DNA of 64,000 nt, filler included, from Stramenopiles sp. TOSAG23-6 (lineage: Eukaryota): the NCBI GenBank assembly GCA_900128565.1. It is 8 parts of 8 records of this genome, joined end to end, with 100 filler letters (N's around TTAATTAATTAA, not from the genome) between each part and the next. Parts side by side here need not be neighbours in the genome. Positions count along the whole stretch, not along the records: positions 32,368 to 40,310 come from LT636493.1; positions 40,411 to 48,352 come from LT636494.1; 6 more parts are not named here. One strand, 5' to 3'. Below the pieces are notes generated by a model, which made no database searches, was not told where the DNA came from, and worked only from the letters and a program-made list of their open reading frames with translations. Position numbers and translations under genes: made by a program. Positions 34,446 to 45,556 of this stretch are shown in pieces. Every line of letters begins with the position of its first letter. The stretch's first letter is position 1.

Positions 34446-34805
34446 GCAAACGAATAACACAGATATGAAAGAGTTATAATATCTCTCTACAGAGGTATAC
34501 TTTGTAAGAATTGCGAACGAACGTAATTACGTAGCTGCTGTTTCTTCTTGTGTGTGTGTAGACAGTTGTGACTGTGGACGACATGACTCGTGCCTCTCGA
34601 GTCGTCGACTCGACTCGTACGTTCGACACGAAAATCCGAAATTTCAAATTTCAAGGCCTTTTTGCTATTGTCAATTTTTGTTGATGTCGCCCGCGGATCA
34701 GTCGTCAATTTGGAAATGTGCGTTAGAATTGTTCGTCTCATTTGTGCTGGTCTGACAATATTTTAGAATATAATAAGTGTCATTTGAATTGAAATAAAGT
34801 ATATT

Positions 34806-35468
34806 ATGTCTCCCCCTTTAAGTACATCAAGTCACTCACAGCAAGGTGGGTCAAAGAAGAAAAAGAACAATTCCAAGGGGGGTAAAAATCTTGGCGGAAA
34901 AACCTTGACAAAGATTGCCCCTGGGTGTACTTGGGGCTATGCCTCCGAAATTATTTTTATGTATCCGATAGCTGAAATTATTGTTGGGCCCTTGCGGAAA
35001 GTTGGCTTTACACCCAATAGCATCAGTGTTCTAGGGCTTGTATGTTCAGCGTATGTAGCATGGTTAATTACCCAGGGTCGCTTCTATTCTGCAATATTTT
35101 GGTTTGCACTGCACGGAGTTCTAGATGCGGCGGATGGTACCATGGCTAGACGCTTCAATATGTGTTCGCCATTTGGTGCTGCATTAGATATGAATTGCGA
35201 TCTTTTATCAGGGGTACTTTTGGTATTAGGTTCACTGTATATTTCTTGGGGAATCATACCCCTTATTTGTTTTGAACTGGTATATACAGTGATAGCTGCG
35301 TCTTCGTCTGTTCTATTTGACAAGCGGGATAAGTCGGTCAAATATGTCGAGCACCTATCATGGATGGAGTATTTGGGTCTTATTTCATATGAAAATATTA
35401 CATACATTGTCACTATTTTGTTGTTATTTATTAACTATGTCGTAAATTCGCAGAAGCAAGATTTGTAG
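34806..35468 (+). CDS. CDP-alcohol phosphatidyltransferase family protein (paralog 1)
   Basis: TPNSIS and the signature DAADGTMARR....PFGAALDMNCD. Confidence 0.9.
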   Translation: MSPPLSTSSHSQQGGSKKKKNNSKGGKNLGGKTLTKIAPGCTWGYASEIIFMYPIAEIIVGPLRKVGFTPNSISVLGLVCSAYVAWLITQGRFYSAIFWFALHGVLDAADGTMARRFNMCSPFGAALDMNCDLLSGVLLVLGSLYISWGIIPLICFELVYTVIAASSSVLFDKRDKSVKYVEHLSWMEYLGLISYENITYIVTILLLFINYVVNSQKQDL

Positions 35469-35915
35469 AAATATTTTTTTTTCATAGAAAATTCTAACCT
35501 TAACCCTAATCAGGTCAAAAAAAATCTATTAATGTAAATAAAACTTTTGTATTTTTTTTGTCTATAATGTAGATTGTTTTATCTTTGTTGTTTTAAGTTT
35601 ATGCTATACAAAATATGTATTTTTCAGTTCACAAAATCACGAAATCCTGGATAAAATACACTAGATTTTGACCAACTTTAATAAATGAGGATCGACCGGT
35701 CATGACAGACGCAAAGCTAGTGATAGTCGATGCCATTCATCTATTGTTTTATATAATGAAAGCTTATTATTCAACAAGACCTTGCGCAACAAATTATACA
35801 CAAGTATTTACATCTTCAACCTCTTTTTATAACGGCTTGGACTATATAGTATATAGTCTCAAATTAACACGAAATCCAAGAGGAATTGAGAGTTGCCGCC
35901 ATAATTTAGTAAAAT

Positions 35916-35989
35916 GTACCCACTGAACCTTATTTTTTTTCGTACGAAATTTTGTACATAACGAAGTTGCTGGCTATTAATCAGTACAT
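35916..35989 (+). mobile_element. Degenerate family copy in intergenic/5' UTR sequence
   Basis: AT GTAC...TTTTCGTACGAAATTTTGTACATAAC...GTAC AT. Confidence 0.5.
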
Positions 35990-36094
35990 TTTTTTTCTGT
36001 AAGTGTGTGTGGTTCGAACACAACTACAAGGTACTCTTATTGCTGTTTTGAGATTGCGTACTCAACGAAACATCTATACACCACAATTATTAGT

Positions 36095-36748
36095 ATGATA
36101 CCATCCCAATATAAAGATCTATTGGCTAAGTACTTGCGTTTGAGTAATGTACCAAAAAGTAGCTCGCCTAAGAAGTCGCCTGAGAATTTGACAGAGATTT
36201 CCGGTGGTTGCACTTGGTCTTTTGCTTCGGAATATGTTTTTATGTATCCTATGGCCGAGTTAATCGTTGGCCCTTTGCGTTCAATAGGGCTTACACCAAA
36301 CGTTATCAGTGTTATTGGATTGTTTAACTCCTTGTATGTTTCTTACTTGTTAATTATTCGTTATTTCTATTCAGCAATATTTTGGTTCGCTATACACGGT
36401 GTACTTGATGCGGCGGATGGCACAATGGCACGACGTTTTAATATGTGTTCGCCATTTGGTGCGGCATTGGATATGAATTGCGACCTTATATCAGGAGTTG
36501 CAATGACTTTAGCAATTTTTTATGCCGCTTGGGGTGAAGAGGGATTCATTTCATTTATATTTTTTTTTGCAGTATACAATAGCATTCTGGCTATATCAGC
36601 TTTGGCTTATGATAGGCGTGACAAATCTATCAAATATGTAGAGCATTTATCACTATTAGAGTATGTTGGACTAATACAGTATGAAAATATTACATACATT
36701 GTCACTGTCTTGATTATAGCTATTAAATTATGGTTTGATTTTGTTTAA
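36095..36748 (+). CDS. CDP-alcohol phosphatidyltransferase family protein (paralog 2)
   Basis: Same signature; tandem paralog of 34806-35468. Confidence 0.9.
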   Translation: MIPSQYKDLLAKYLRLSNVPKSSSPKKSPENLTEISGGCTWSFASEYVFMYPMAELIVGPLRSIGLTPNVISVIGLFNSLYVSYLLIIRYFYSAIFWFAIHGVLDAADGTMARRFNMCSPFGAALDMNCDLISGVAMTLAIFYAAWGEEGFISFIFFFAVYNSILAISALAYDRRDKSIKYVEHLSLLEYVGLIQYENITYIVTVLIIAIKLWFDFV

Positions 36749-37122
36749 AATCATGTATTGATAAGATGTACAAAAATGTATTTCTTCTCATGTAGGAAAT
36801 TTTGATGAAAAATCTAAATTATAAATTGAAAATATCATCAAGTTCCTTCAATTTCATATTCGTTTACTTTACTTTTCCCATTTCAGATTTAGAAATTTAG
36901 TAAGTGATTTTGTTTGTACTACATTTTCACATTTTCAACTCGATTCTTGTTCGAAGATTTAGATGATTTAGATTTAAATTGTGATTTTCGAATTTATTAA
37001 TTTGCGCAATATTGCAATAATTGCATCAAAAACTAACGGATATCTTATTTGAAATTTTAGATTCGATTGCAATCCAACTCCCACAAAATTTGGAAATTCT
37101 CAATCATTACTTTAATATAATA

Positions 37123-38211
37123 ATGGCAAGTCTCGGAATGGAACCCTGCAAAGTGTGTGTTGCAGGTGGTGGTGGTTTCATTGGTTCCCACCTCGCAAAA
37201 CGCCTCAAAAATGACGGCTTCTACGTTGTTTGCGTTGATTGGAAGCGCAACGAGTTCATGGAGGAGAGTGAGTTCTGTAACGAGTTTCAACTAGGCGATC
37301 TTCGTACTCTAGAAGCATGCAAAAAAGCTACCGCTGGTTGTGAACACGTGTATAATATGGCTGCTGATATGGGAGGTATGGGTTTTATCCTGAGTAACCA
37401 AAGTCTACTTTTTTACAATAACACCATGATTAGTTTCAACATGGCAGAGGCTTCACGCTTTAACGGTGTCAAACGTTTTTTCTACTGTTCATCCGCTTGT
37501 ATCTACCCAGAACACATCCAGATGACTGAAACTATTGGTGATGGTGGTGTTCCCCTCAAGGAAGCGGACGCGTGGCCAGCCCAACCACAGGATGCATATG
37601 GCCTAGAAAAACTTGTCACCGAGGAATTGCTCATGTATTACGAGAAAGATTTTGGCATGAAATGTCGTATTGCTCGTTTCCACAACATTTATGGTCCACA
37701 TGGTACATGGCGTGGTGGTCGTGAAAAGGTTCCGGCAGCATTTTGTCGTAAAGCTTGTGTTTCACAGGAGACCTTTGAGATGTGGGGGGATGGACAACAA
37801 ACAAGATCTTTTTGTTACATTGATGACTGTGTCGAAGGAGTGTTGCGTATTATGAACTCTGATTGTACTGAGCCTTTAAATTTAGGCTCCGATGAATGGA
37901 TTTCTATGTGTGATCTAGCGAAACTTGCAATGAGTTTTGCTGGTAAAGATTTGCCCTTTAATCATATTCCAGGTCCTGAAGGAGTTCGCGGTAGAAACTC
38001 TGATAATAATAAAATCAAGAAAGTTTTAGGTTGGGCGCCTTCGATCTCTGTTGCTGATGGATTAGAGCGCACTTATAAGTGGATCAATAAAGAAGTTGAA
38101 AAATTGTCTGATGCGGAGAAATCTGTATTGATGTCATCCAAAGTAGTCACTAAAGCTGCTGGAATGAAGGAAACTGCTGAGTTAGTATCAATTGTTCAAC
38201 AGCAGCAGTGA
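37123..38211 (+). CDS. GME: GDP-D-mannose 3',5'-epimerase
   Basis: GGGGFIGSH, AADMGGMGFI, SSACIYPE, PQDAYGLEK, GGREKVPAAFCRK and GPEGVRGRNSDN. Confidence 0.95.
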   Translation: MASLGMEPCKVCVAGGGGFIGSHLAKRLKNDGFYVVCVDWKRNEFMEESEFCNEFQLGDLRTLEACKKATAGCEHVYNMAADMGGMGFILSNQSLLFYNNTMISFNMAEASRFNGVKRFFYCSSACIYPEHIQMTETIGDGGVPLKEADAWPAQPQDAYGLEKLVTEELLMYYEKDFGMKCRIARFHNIYGPHGTWRGGREKVPAAFCRKACVSQETFEMWGDGQQTRSFCYIDDCVEGVLRIMNSDCTEPLNLGSDEWISMCDLAKLAMSFAGKDLPFNHIPGPEGVRGRNSDNNKIKKVLGWAPSISVADGLERTYKWINKEVEKLSDAEKSVLMSSKVVTKAAGMKETAELVSIVQQQQ

Positions 38212-38552
38212 TTTTATTTCCACTTTAAATTTTTCAAGATTTGTAAAATATTGTTTACATTGAACATTAAATATGAAATTGAAATAAAAACGAGTTCTTC
38301 TCTATTTGTTAATATTTATGATGTATAAGAGGAATAAACATTTTGTCCTGCGCCTGTTGTAGAAAAGGTTTTTTTGTGATTTCGTGAAATGAAGCACCCA
38401 AAAAATGGAAATTTTATCAGACAGCGCAAAATATGATGTAAGTTATAGTTATATTTATGATGTCTAATTGGATTAAAAGAATTTATCGAAAGTTATCTTA
38501 TTTTTTCCATTTTGCAAATCAATTATTTTGCTTATCATTATCCCTTGATCCC

Positions 38553-39122
38553 TTAATTACATTGGGCTGAAGGATTTATCCCCTCTTTTTCAATATTCAA
38601 TGAAGCTTCACCATTTTTCAAGGTGATGATCCAAATGCTATCAAAATCTTTACCATGCCATTTTGGTGGATGTTCTATACCTAAACTTTTAGCAATATCA
38701 TGAATCTCACTATGTTCCCAAACTAACAGAGCTGTGCCTGTTTTCTTTTTAAGATCTTTTGCAATCTTTGCTGTTTGTTTTTCTCCAAATATAGTGTTGA
38801 TTTTAAGATTGTATTTAATAGCAAATGGAGTGACCGTTTGAAACATTCTAGAGTGTTTTGTCTCTTCGCCAAGTTTTAGGCTTGGTACATAAATATAGTC
38901 TGGCACTCCAATTTTTCCATGTAAAATAGCTGGAAGTTGCAAGGCACGATTTTGCCCTTGGCATGATAGGTTATCACCATTTTCAGGTTTCTCTCCATGG
39001 CGTACAATTACTATTTCCAAATCTTCATCTACTGTTGATGTTGATGCAAGAAGACCTTGAAGTAAAAAGGTACATGCTATTACACCAGAGGTAATGAATA
39101 GTCGAAGTTGTTGTTTTTTCAT
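38553..39122 (-). CDS. Bacterial-type secreted histidine phosphatase superfamily protein
   Basis: Signal peptide, IVRHGEKP, LSCQGQNRA, RMFQTVTP and LVWEH; upstream AAAAGGGGGGAAACC-ATG. Confidence 0.8.
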   Translation of the reverse strand: MKKQQLRLFITSGVIACTFLLQGLLASTSTVDEDLEIVIVRHGEKPENGDNLSCQGQNRALQLPAILHGKIGVPDYIYVPSLKLGEETKHSRMFQTVTPFAIKYNLKINTIFGEKQTAKIAKDLKKKTGTALLVWEHSEIHDIAKSLGIEHPPKWHGKDFDSIWIITLKNGEASLNIEKEGINPSAQCN

Positions 39123-39279
39123 GGTTTCCCCCCTTTTAGTGTATAGTCATTTATTATAAACAATAAAAGTTTTGAAAAAGTCTCTAAAATTGGATTGATT
39201 TGAGATTGGCTATCCGCCAAGAGTTAGGTAGCTATAACTGTAAAAAAAAGTTGACAAGAAATATCTTAATTTGAAGTGT

Positions 39280-39517
39280 CAAAAACTAACGGATATGTAA
39301 TTTGAAATTAATTTCAAATTTCAATCAATCTCATTTGCAATCCAACTCACTTGTCTCCACAAAATTTGGAAATTCTCAATCTCAAATCATTACTTTAATA
39401 TAATAATGGCAAGTCTCGGAATGGAACCCTGCAAAGTGTGCGTTGTTGGAGGTAAATGTGAAATTGAAATAAAAACGAGTTCTTCTCTATTTGTTAATAT
39501 TTATGATGTGTAAGAGG
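39280..39517 (+). pseudogene. Internally deleted GME duplicate (promoter plus ~15 codons fused to GME 3' UTR)
   Basis: Matches 37027-37170 and then 38269-38332 directly. Confidence 0.8.
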
Positions 39518-39550
39518 TAATAGTACGTAGGTAGTAGGATAGTTTCTTTT

Positions 39551-40252
39551 TTATTCAGACGATTTTGATAAAGATTTCGTTTCAGCCTTTGCTCGCTCAT
39601 ACCCCTGAGTAACGAAATCATAAACTCTTTTTCTCTGTTGCAATTCTTCTTCAAGAAATGCAATTTGTTCTTCCTCGAGCTCTTCTTTTTCTTTTTGCAT
39701 TTGCTCGCGTTGTTTCTTCGTCATGAAATATTTTGAATAAACATTTTGTCCTTTTGTAGAAATCGTTTTTTTAGTTTTTTTAGTTGTTTTAGTTGTTTTA
39801 GTTTTTAGTTTTTTTATAGCACTTCCCGTTTTTTGAAAAATATTTTGAAATTGACGATTCTTTCTAAATTTTCTATTTTGAGAATATTTTGGTATAGAGT
39901 TTGATAGCAAGGGAATAGTTGCTTCAGTTGGTTGGGTCCGGCTATTTTCACAGTTATTTGAAGACAACACGAAATCGTGTCTTCTGTGAAGAACATCACT
40001 AGAAACCTTTACTAATGTATTTTGGGAAAATATTTCAAAAAAAAATCGTTAGGTACAAAATTTCGTATGAAAAAAAAATCGGATTTGAAAAAAAATAAAA
40101 CATACACACATTGCGATAGTATCTAAATGCAATAACTGACTTAAAATACGTTTTACATATGATATATGCACACCAGATGATTCTGATATTTGTCGTACAA
40201 TGCGTTTTCCATCTATATGAGGTAATAATTTTTGCAGTGTCAAGTCCGCATC
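39551..40252 (-). CDS. NPRL2/Npr2-like exon (40252-40106) plus a downstream exon of uncertain linkage
   Basis: DLTLQKLLPHIDGKRIVRQIS resembles NPRL2; the consensus donor does not keep frame with the next exon. Confidence 0.5.
40015..40105 (-). mobile_element. Repeat-family intron, GT-AT (frame is kept only with a donor at 40107)
   Basis: Full consensus present. Confidence 0.7.
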
Positions 40253-40310
40253 ATATATTTTGGAAAAATATTTCAAAAAAAATTTAAAAAAATTTGTTAG
40301 GTACAAAATT
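40253..40310 (-). mobile_element. Repeat-family intron, 3' half (AT end), truncated
   Basis: GTACCTAAC...CCAAAATATAT|GAT. Confidence 0.75.
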
Positions 40311-40410
40311 NNNNNNNNNNNNNNNNNNNNNNNNNNNNNNNNNNNNNNNNNNNNTTAATTAATTAANNNNNNNNNNNNNNNNNNNNNNNNNNNNNNNNNN
40401 NNNNNNNNNN
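40311..40410. other. Artificial contig spacer
   Basis: N44-TTAATTAATTAA-N44. Confidence 0.98.
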
Positions 40411-40495
40411 AAAAAATCTAAAAAAAATTGTTAGGTACAAAATTACGTACGAAAAAAAAATCGATTTTTTTGTTAAAAAAAAAAATAAAACATAC
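40411..40495 (-). mobile_element. Repeat-family intron, 5' part, truncated
   Basis: GAC|GTATGTTTT...GTACCTAAC. Confidence 0.75.
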
Positions 40496-42466
40496 GTCCC
40501 ACTCTTCATGAATTCGCTGATTTTTACCTTTTCGTTTTCTCTTTTTTAATTTCTCTTCTTGAGCCTTTTTTAACGCATCGGCCTTTAATTTTTCTCTTTT
40601 TGCATTTTCTCTGGCCCACGTACCATTATTTTGTTTCTCTCTTTTTCGTGCAATCATTTTTTCTAAACGAAGTTTTCTTTGTTTTTCACGAATTTTATCT
40701 AGATAACAAATTGTATCTATATTTATTTCACATTCAGTAAATTCAGATACATCAATTTTTTTCCCAGTTAATTCTGGCATTTTTGGTAATCGTAATAGAG
40801 CGAAAGCATTGGCTAATCGACCTAAATTTAGACTAGAGAATTTAAATATGTATTTTAGAAAAATATTTCAAAAAAAATCTAAAAAAAACTTGTTAGGTAC
40901 AAATTTTCGTATGAAAAATAAATTCAATTTCAAATTTAAAAAAAAATAAAAAAATAAAACATACATATGTCGGCATTCATGTTTCTTATACGATTGAACA
41001 AATGAGACAAAAGCACGAGTTCCTTTTTCCATTAAATCTCGATCTTTTATTGCCGCTTTGCGAATATATGACCAAATTTTTCCAGTTTGACTTTTTGTAT
41101 TTTTTTCAGAATCGTTTAAATCTTTTGAATTTTTTGAATTTTTGGATTTCCATTGAACAATTGGAACTTTTCGAGTTGTAAGAAATGGTATATATTCCAT
41201 TTCTTTATGCAATAAAAATACCAATGCTTTCCCATTACGTCCAGCACGAGCAGTACGTCCTACTCTATGAACAAAAAAGTCAGGATCTTGTGGAGGATCA
41301 AATTGAATAATCCAATCTACATCAGGGACGTCAAGACCTCGAGCTGCAACATCCGTACTCATTAAGATTGCAGGTCGATTTGAACATTGTAAGAATTTAT
41401 CTAAAGTTCCTGAGCGACGTTTTGGTACCATACGACCATGTAAAGAATATAACGCAACCTTTCCTACAATTTCTCTTGATCTGTTTTGAGATTGTTTTGA
41501 TTTTTTTGATTTTTTTGATTTTTGAACATTTTTATGCACAGATCCAAATAATTCAGGCATCACTGATTGAAGACCTCGGTAGAAATAATCCACAGCAGCA
41601 CAAGTAGAAAAAAATATAATAGCTTTCTTATTTGAATCTTGTGTCAATACTTCTGATTTGATAAAATCAATAAAATAATCCAATTTGTTATCTGGACGAC
41701 AATTAATATAAAAGTTTTGAAGTGCACTTGGTGTTTTCTGACTCGATCTATGAGCAGAAGTCTTTACTTTCAGACAAATATTTACAGGGTTTCGAAGTCC
41801 TGCACGAGCAAGAGCAACAACACCCTTTGTCTGTGTAGCAGAGAACAGACCTGTACGGCGTTGTTTTGGTAAAATTGTGAGTAAATCAGTAACTGTTTGG
41901 TGAAAACCCAAGTCTAACAAAACGTCAGCTTCATCCAAAACTAAAACTTCCAATTCTTTGACACTTATTGGAGCTTCATCACGTTGAAGTACATCAAGCA
42001 AACGACCTGGTGTTCCAATTAATACAGCAGCACCATTCTCTTTGACCTCATGGAAACTAGAACGAATATCTGTGCCACCAACCATTAGAGTAGCTGATAG
42101 TTGGGAACATACCTGTTTGAAAACACCATACGTCTGACGTGCTAGCTCTCGTGTGGGAGATACTATAATTACACCTACTTCATGCTTTTTCAGAGGTGTA
42201 GTACGTCTCTTTAATATTTCAATAGCCGGTAAAACAAATGCCAGCGTCTTTCCTGAACCAGTACAGGCTTCGACTGCAACATCTTTGTGTGTAAGAAAAA
42301 GAGGAATTGTTGTAGCTTGAACTGGCGTCATGTGTGTAAACCCTAAAGCGTCAACTGCAGCTAGGGTGCTTTCTGATATTGCTGGAATACAAGCATCAAA
42401 GCGAAATCGTTGCTTAGGATGTGTTCGTTTTGCCAACGGATTGGCATTTGCATCAGCAGATGCCAT
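40496..42466 (-). CDS. DDX55: DEAD-box RNA helicase DDX55/Spb4; exons 42466-40965 and 40847-40496, 3' truncated
   Basis: TGSGKT, DEAD, SAT and HRVGRTAR; splicing restores HECRHIFKFSSLNLGRLANAFALLRLPKMPEL. Confidence 0.93.
40848..40964 (-). mobile_element. Repeat-family intron, GT-AT (117 nt)
   Basis: AT|GTATGT...AAAATACAT|A; restores DDX55 motif spacing. Confidence 0.85.
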
Positions 42467-42743
42467 TTTATAATAGTTGTTTTCCCAAGTTGTATAGACT
42501 TGTGACTTTGTAACTTTGAAGAGACGACAAGTGCTGACTTCTATTTTTTTTTTTTCATGATCGGCGCAGGCAGGTTTGTGCCAAAAAAAAATTAATTTGA
42601 CACAGAGTTTGTGGGTGTAAATTATTATGAATTCCAATATCGATATCAAAAAAATGATTTAAAAATCGAATTAAAATTTTATTTCAAATCAAATTTTATC
42701 AAATGTGTGTTATTGTATAAATAAATAGGAAGAATACAAGACA

Positions 42744-43940
42744 TTAGTAAAAAAAAAGTCTATCAAGCTTTTTTTGTGCACGACTATTACCCGAAACAAT
42801 AGATTTAGAAAACCACTTGAAAGCTTCTTTTTTGTCTTGAGCAACACCAACTCCCGAATAATAGCAATCACCAAGCTTATTTTGTCCTTTACTATTACCT
42901 GCAAGAGCCGATTTCATATACCACTTGAAAGCTTCTTTTTTATCTTCAGCAACACCATCACCATTATCATAGCAAAGACCAAGCATGTATTGTGCCATGC
43001 TATAATCACTATCATCCATAAACATCTTAAATGCTTTTTTTTTATCCCTTTTATAACCATTCCAACGATAAAGTGTACAATATGCAATAGCCATGTGAAA
43101 ACCAGCAATAGCTGCAGATCCAATCATTACTTTTCCATTCTCTTTATCCTGAGTCTCGCAGTCATTCCCATAATATTTTGCATAACCAAGTTCAAATAAA
43201 TTCTGTGCACCTTTGTTTTCTATCTTTTGACGTTTCACTGTGGTATTAGACATTGAAGAACTCAATTTTCGTTTTTTTTCACTACTAATACTACTACTAC
43301 AACTACTATTTGATACAACAGGTGGTACATTTTCATCATCAATATCATCAAGAGCAGCAGATAGTCTCATCTCCTCTTCTTTAAATGTTTTTGTCAACTT
43401 TTTTAAATCACTCAAACGATCGATTTGTTTCTTTCGTGCTTCAACAGCTTTTTCATATTTTTTTTCAGCATCTGCAATAGCATTCTTAATCTCTTCCACA
43501 TTCTTTTGAGCAGCTGTAAGACGCTTTTTTGCTGCTGGTAGCCCTGCTTTTGCATTGGCAAGTTCAGCCCTTGCTTTCAGCACAAAAGCAGGTATACATG
43601 CTGCTAATGCTAAACGATCTATGGATTTTTCGTTGGCTTCTCTCATTTGTTTAACTTTAGAAATTTCTTGAAGTTTATTGTCATATTTTGCTTTCTTGAT
43701 CTTTGCTTGTTTTTCTTTCCATTCGATACATTGCGATTTGCAACGAGAGTTTTTTACAAGGTTCGTGTGAGCCAACACCTCATTAGTTAAAGGCGATGTA
43801 TTTTTCGTACCAAAGTGTTGCACAATTGCTGTTCGTTCATACGTGTGACCATCCGCAGCAACAACAGGATCTTTAAATAATTCACATGTTATAGGACAAG
43901 TTAAATTTTCTGGTACTATTAGATATATGTAAAACGACAT
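42744..43940 (-). CDS. U-box, coiled-coil and Sel1-repeat protein
   Basis: CPITCELFKDPVVAADGHTYER; AQYMLGLCY..GDGVAEDKKEAFKWY repeats. Confidence 0.88.
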   Translation of the reverse strand: MSFYIYLIVPENLTCPITCELFKDPVVAADGHTYERTAIVQHFGTKNTSPLTNEVLAHTNLVKNSRCKSQCIEWKEKQAKIKKAKYDNKLQEISKVKQMREANEKSIDRLALAACIPAFVLKARAELANAKAGLPAAKKRLTAAQKNVEEIKNAIADAEKKYEKAVEARKKQIDRLSDLKKLTKTFKEEEMRLSAALDDIDDENVPPVVSNSSCSSSISSEKKRKLSSSMSNTTVKRQKIENKGAQNLFELGYAKYYGNDCETQDKENGKVMIGSAAIAGFHMAIAYCTLYRWNGYKRDKKKAFKMFMDDSDYSMAQYMLGLCYDNGDGVAEDKKEAFKWYMKSALAGNSKGQNKLGDCYYSGVGVAQDKKEAFKWFSKSIVSGNSRAQKKLDRLFFY

Positions 43941-44201
43941 TGTCTCTGCGATATTTGGTGATTCTTGAATGATATCGATATATTTGCTGTCCCTGTCAGA
44001 AAATTTCGGTCAAGTTCAACCCCAAAAAAAAGCCAATCAATCAAACGAACTCGTTTTTCGTTTGTTGTGTTGACAACTCAAAAAACAAGTCACAACTTTA
44101 AAGCCCTAACCTGGAGACCTAATAGACTCTCTCTTCCAACACCAAGAGATTGAACTTGTACTGCCTTCTTATCATAAAATTGTTTCTTTTGTTATCACAC
44201 A

Positions 44202-45250
44202 ATGTCACCAATTACAGTTCGCTCCGTTGCACGTATGTTTGGAGGTTTAGTAAAGCAATGTACTCATGACTCAACGTCTACCCGCACTGCTATGAACTTT
44301 ACAGTCTTTGTTCCCCCCCAAGCAAGTGAAAGTGTTCGCGTCCCTGTTTTGTATTATTTATCAGGATTAACTTGTACAGACGCAAATGTAAATGAAAAAT
44401 CGGGTGCACAACGGTATGCAGCAGAGCATGGGATTGCATTGGTTATGCCTGATACAAGTCCTCGCGGGCACCCACCTATTGCAGGTGAAGATGATTCATA
44501 TGACTTTGGTACAGGTGCTGGATTCTATGTGAATGCTACCACTCCAAACTATGCTGATAATTATAATATGTATGATTACGTTACCACAGAACTACCTGAA
44601 CTTATACAAGCTGAATTCCCTGTATCTAAGAGTTCTTCTATATTTGGTCATAGTATGGGAGGACATGGCGCTCTAGTATGCGCTTTAAAGAACCCAGGAA
44701 TGTACGTTTTTTTTNCAATTTTTTATCTTTTTTTTTTCGTACGAAATTTCGTACCTAACGAATTTTACAAAAAAAAATTTCACAATATATGTACAAATCT
44801 GTGTCTGCTTTTTCACCCATTTGTAATCCAACTCAATGCCCGTGGGGTGAGAAAGCTTTTAATGGTTATTTAGGTTCTGTTGATGCAGGGTTATCATATG
44901 ATGCGTCTGAACTAATGAAGAGTTATAATGGTCCCGAATTGCATTTATTAATAGATCAAGGATCTGATGATCAATTCTTACATGTACGTTTTTTTAGGGT
45001 TAGGGTTTTTATATATATATATTTTTTTTTTCGTACGAAATTTTGTACCTAATAAATGTAAAATTTTTGATATATTTTTTCAAAATTTCATGATCAATTA
45101 AAACCAGAAACTTTAAAGGCATCTTGTGCAGAAGTTCAACAACCACTGAATTTGAGGATTCATGATGGTTATGATCATAGTTATTATTTTATTGCGTCGT
45201 TTATGGAGGATCATATTCAACATCATGCGAAATATTTGAATAAACAATAA
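44202..45250 (+). CDS. ESD: S-formylglutathione hydrolase (esterase D); exons 44202-44701, 44791-44983, 45092-45250
   Basis: [38 protein letters not shown] and GYDHSYYF after splicing. Confidence 0.95.
44702..44790 (+). mobile_element. Repeat-family intron, GT-AT (89 nt)
   Basis: AT|GTACGT...CACAATATAT|GTAC; no AG anywhere in the intron. Confidence 0.85.
44984..45091 (+). mobile_element. Repeat-family intron, GT-AT (108 nt)
   Basis: CAT|GTACGT...AAAATTTCAT|GAT. Confidence 0.85.
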
Positions 45251-45556
45251 AAAGTTCATTTTTTTTTATTTTTTTTATCTCTAATAAAAAACACGAAATT
45301 TTTTATGAAATTAATAAATATTATTTTTTTAAAATTTATGTATATATCTTACTTTTTTTTATGAAATTAATAAATATAATTTTTTGAAAGACTTTGAAGA
45401 ATCCAAATGAAAAGTACTTGAAATAAAAAGAATTGAAAAGAACATTCCAATTTTTAATTTAGGTGAGTGTCATCCTCCATCATATATATATAATAATATA
45501 TTGTAGTACACATTTCGGCTTGTCAAAAAATCTGAAAAACAAATAAACTACTCGAA

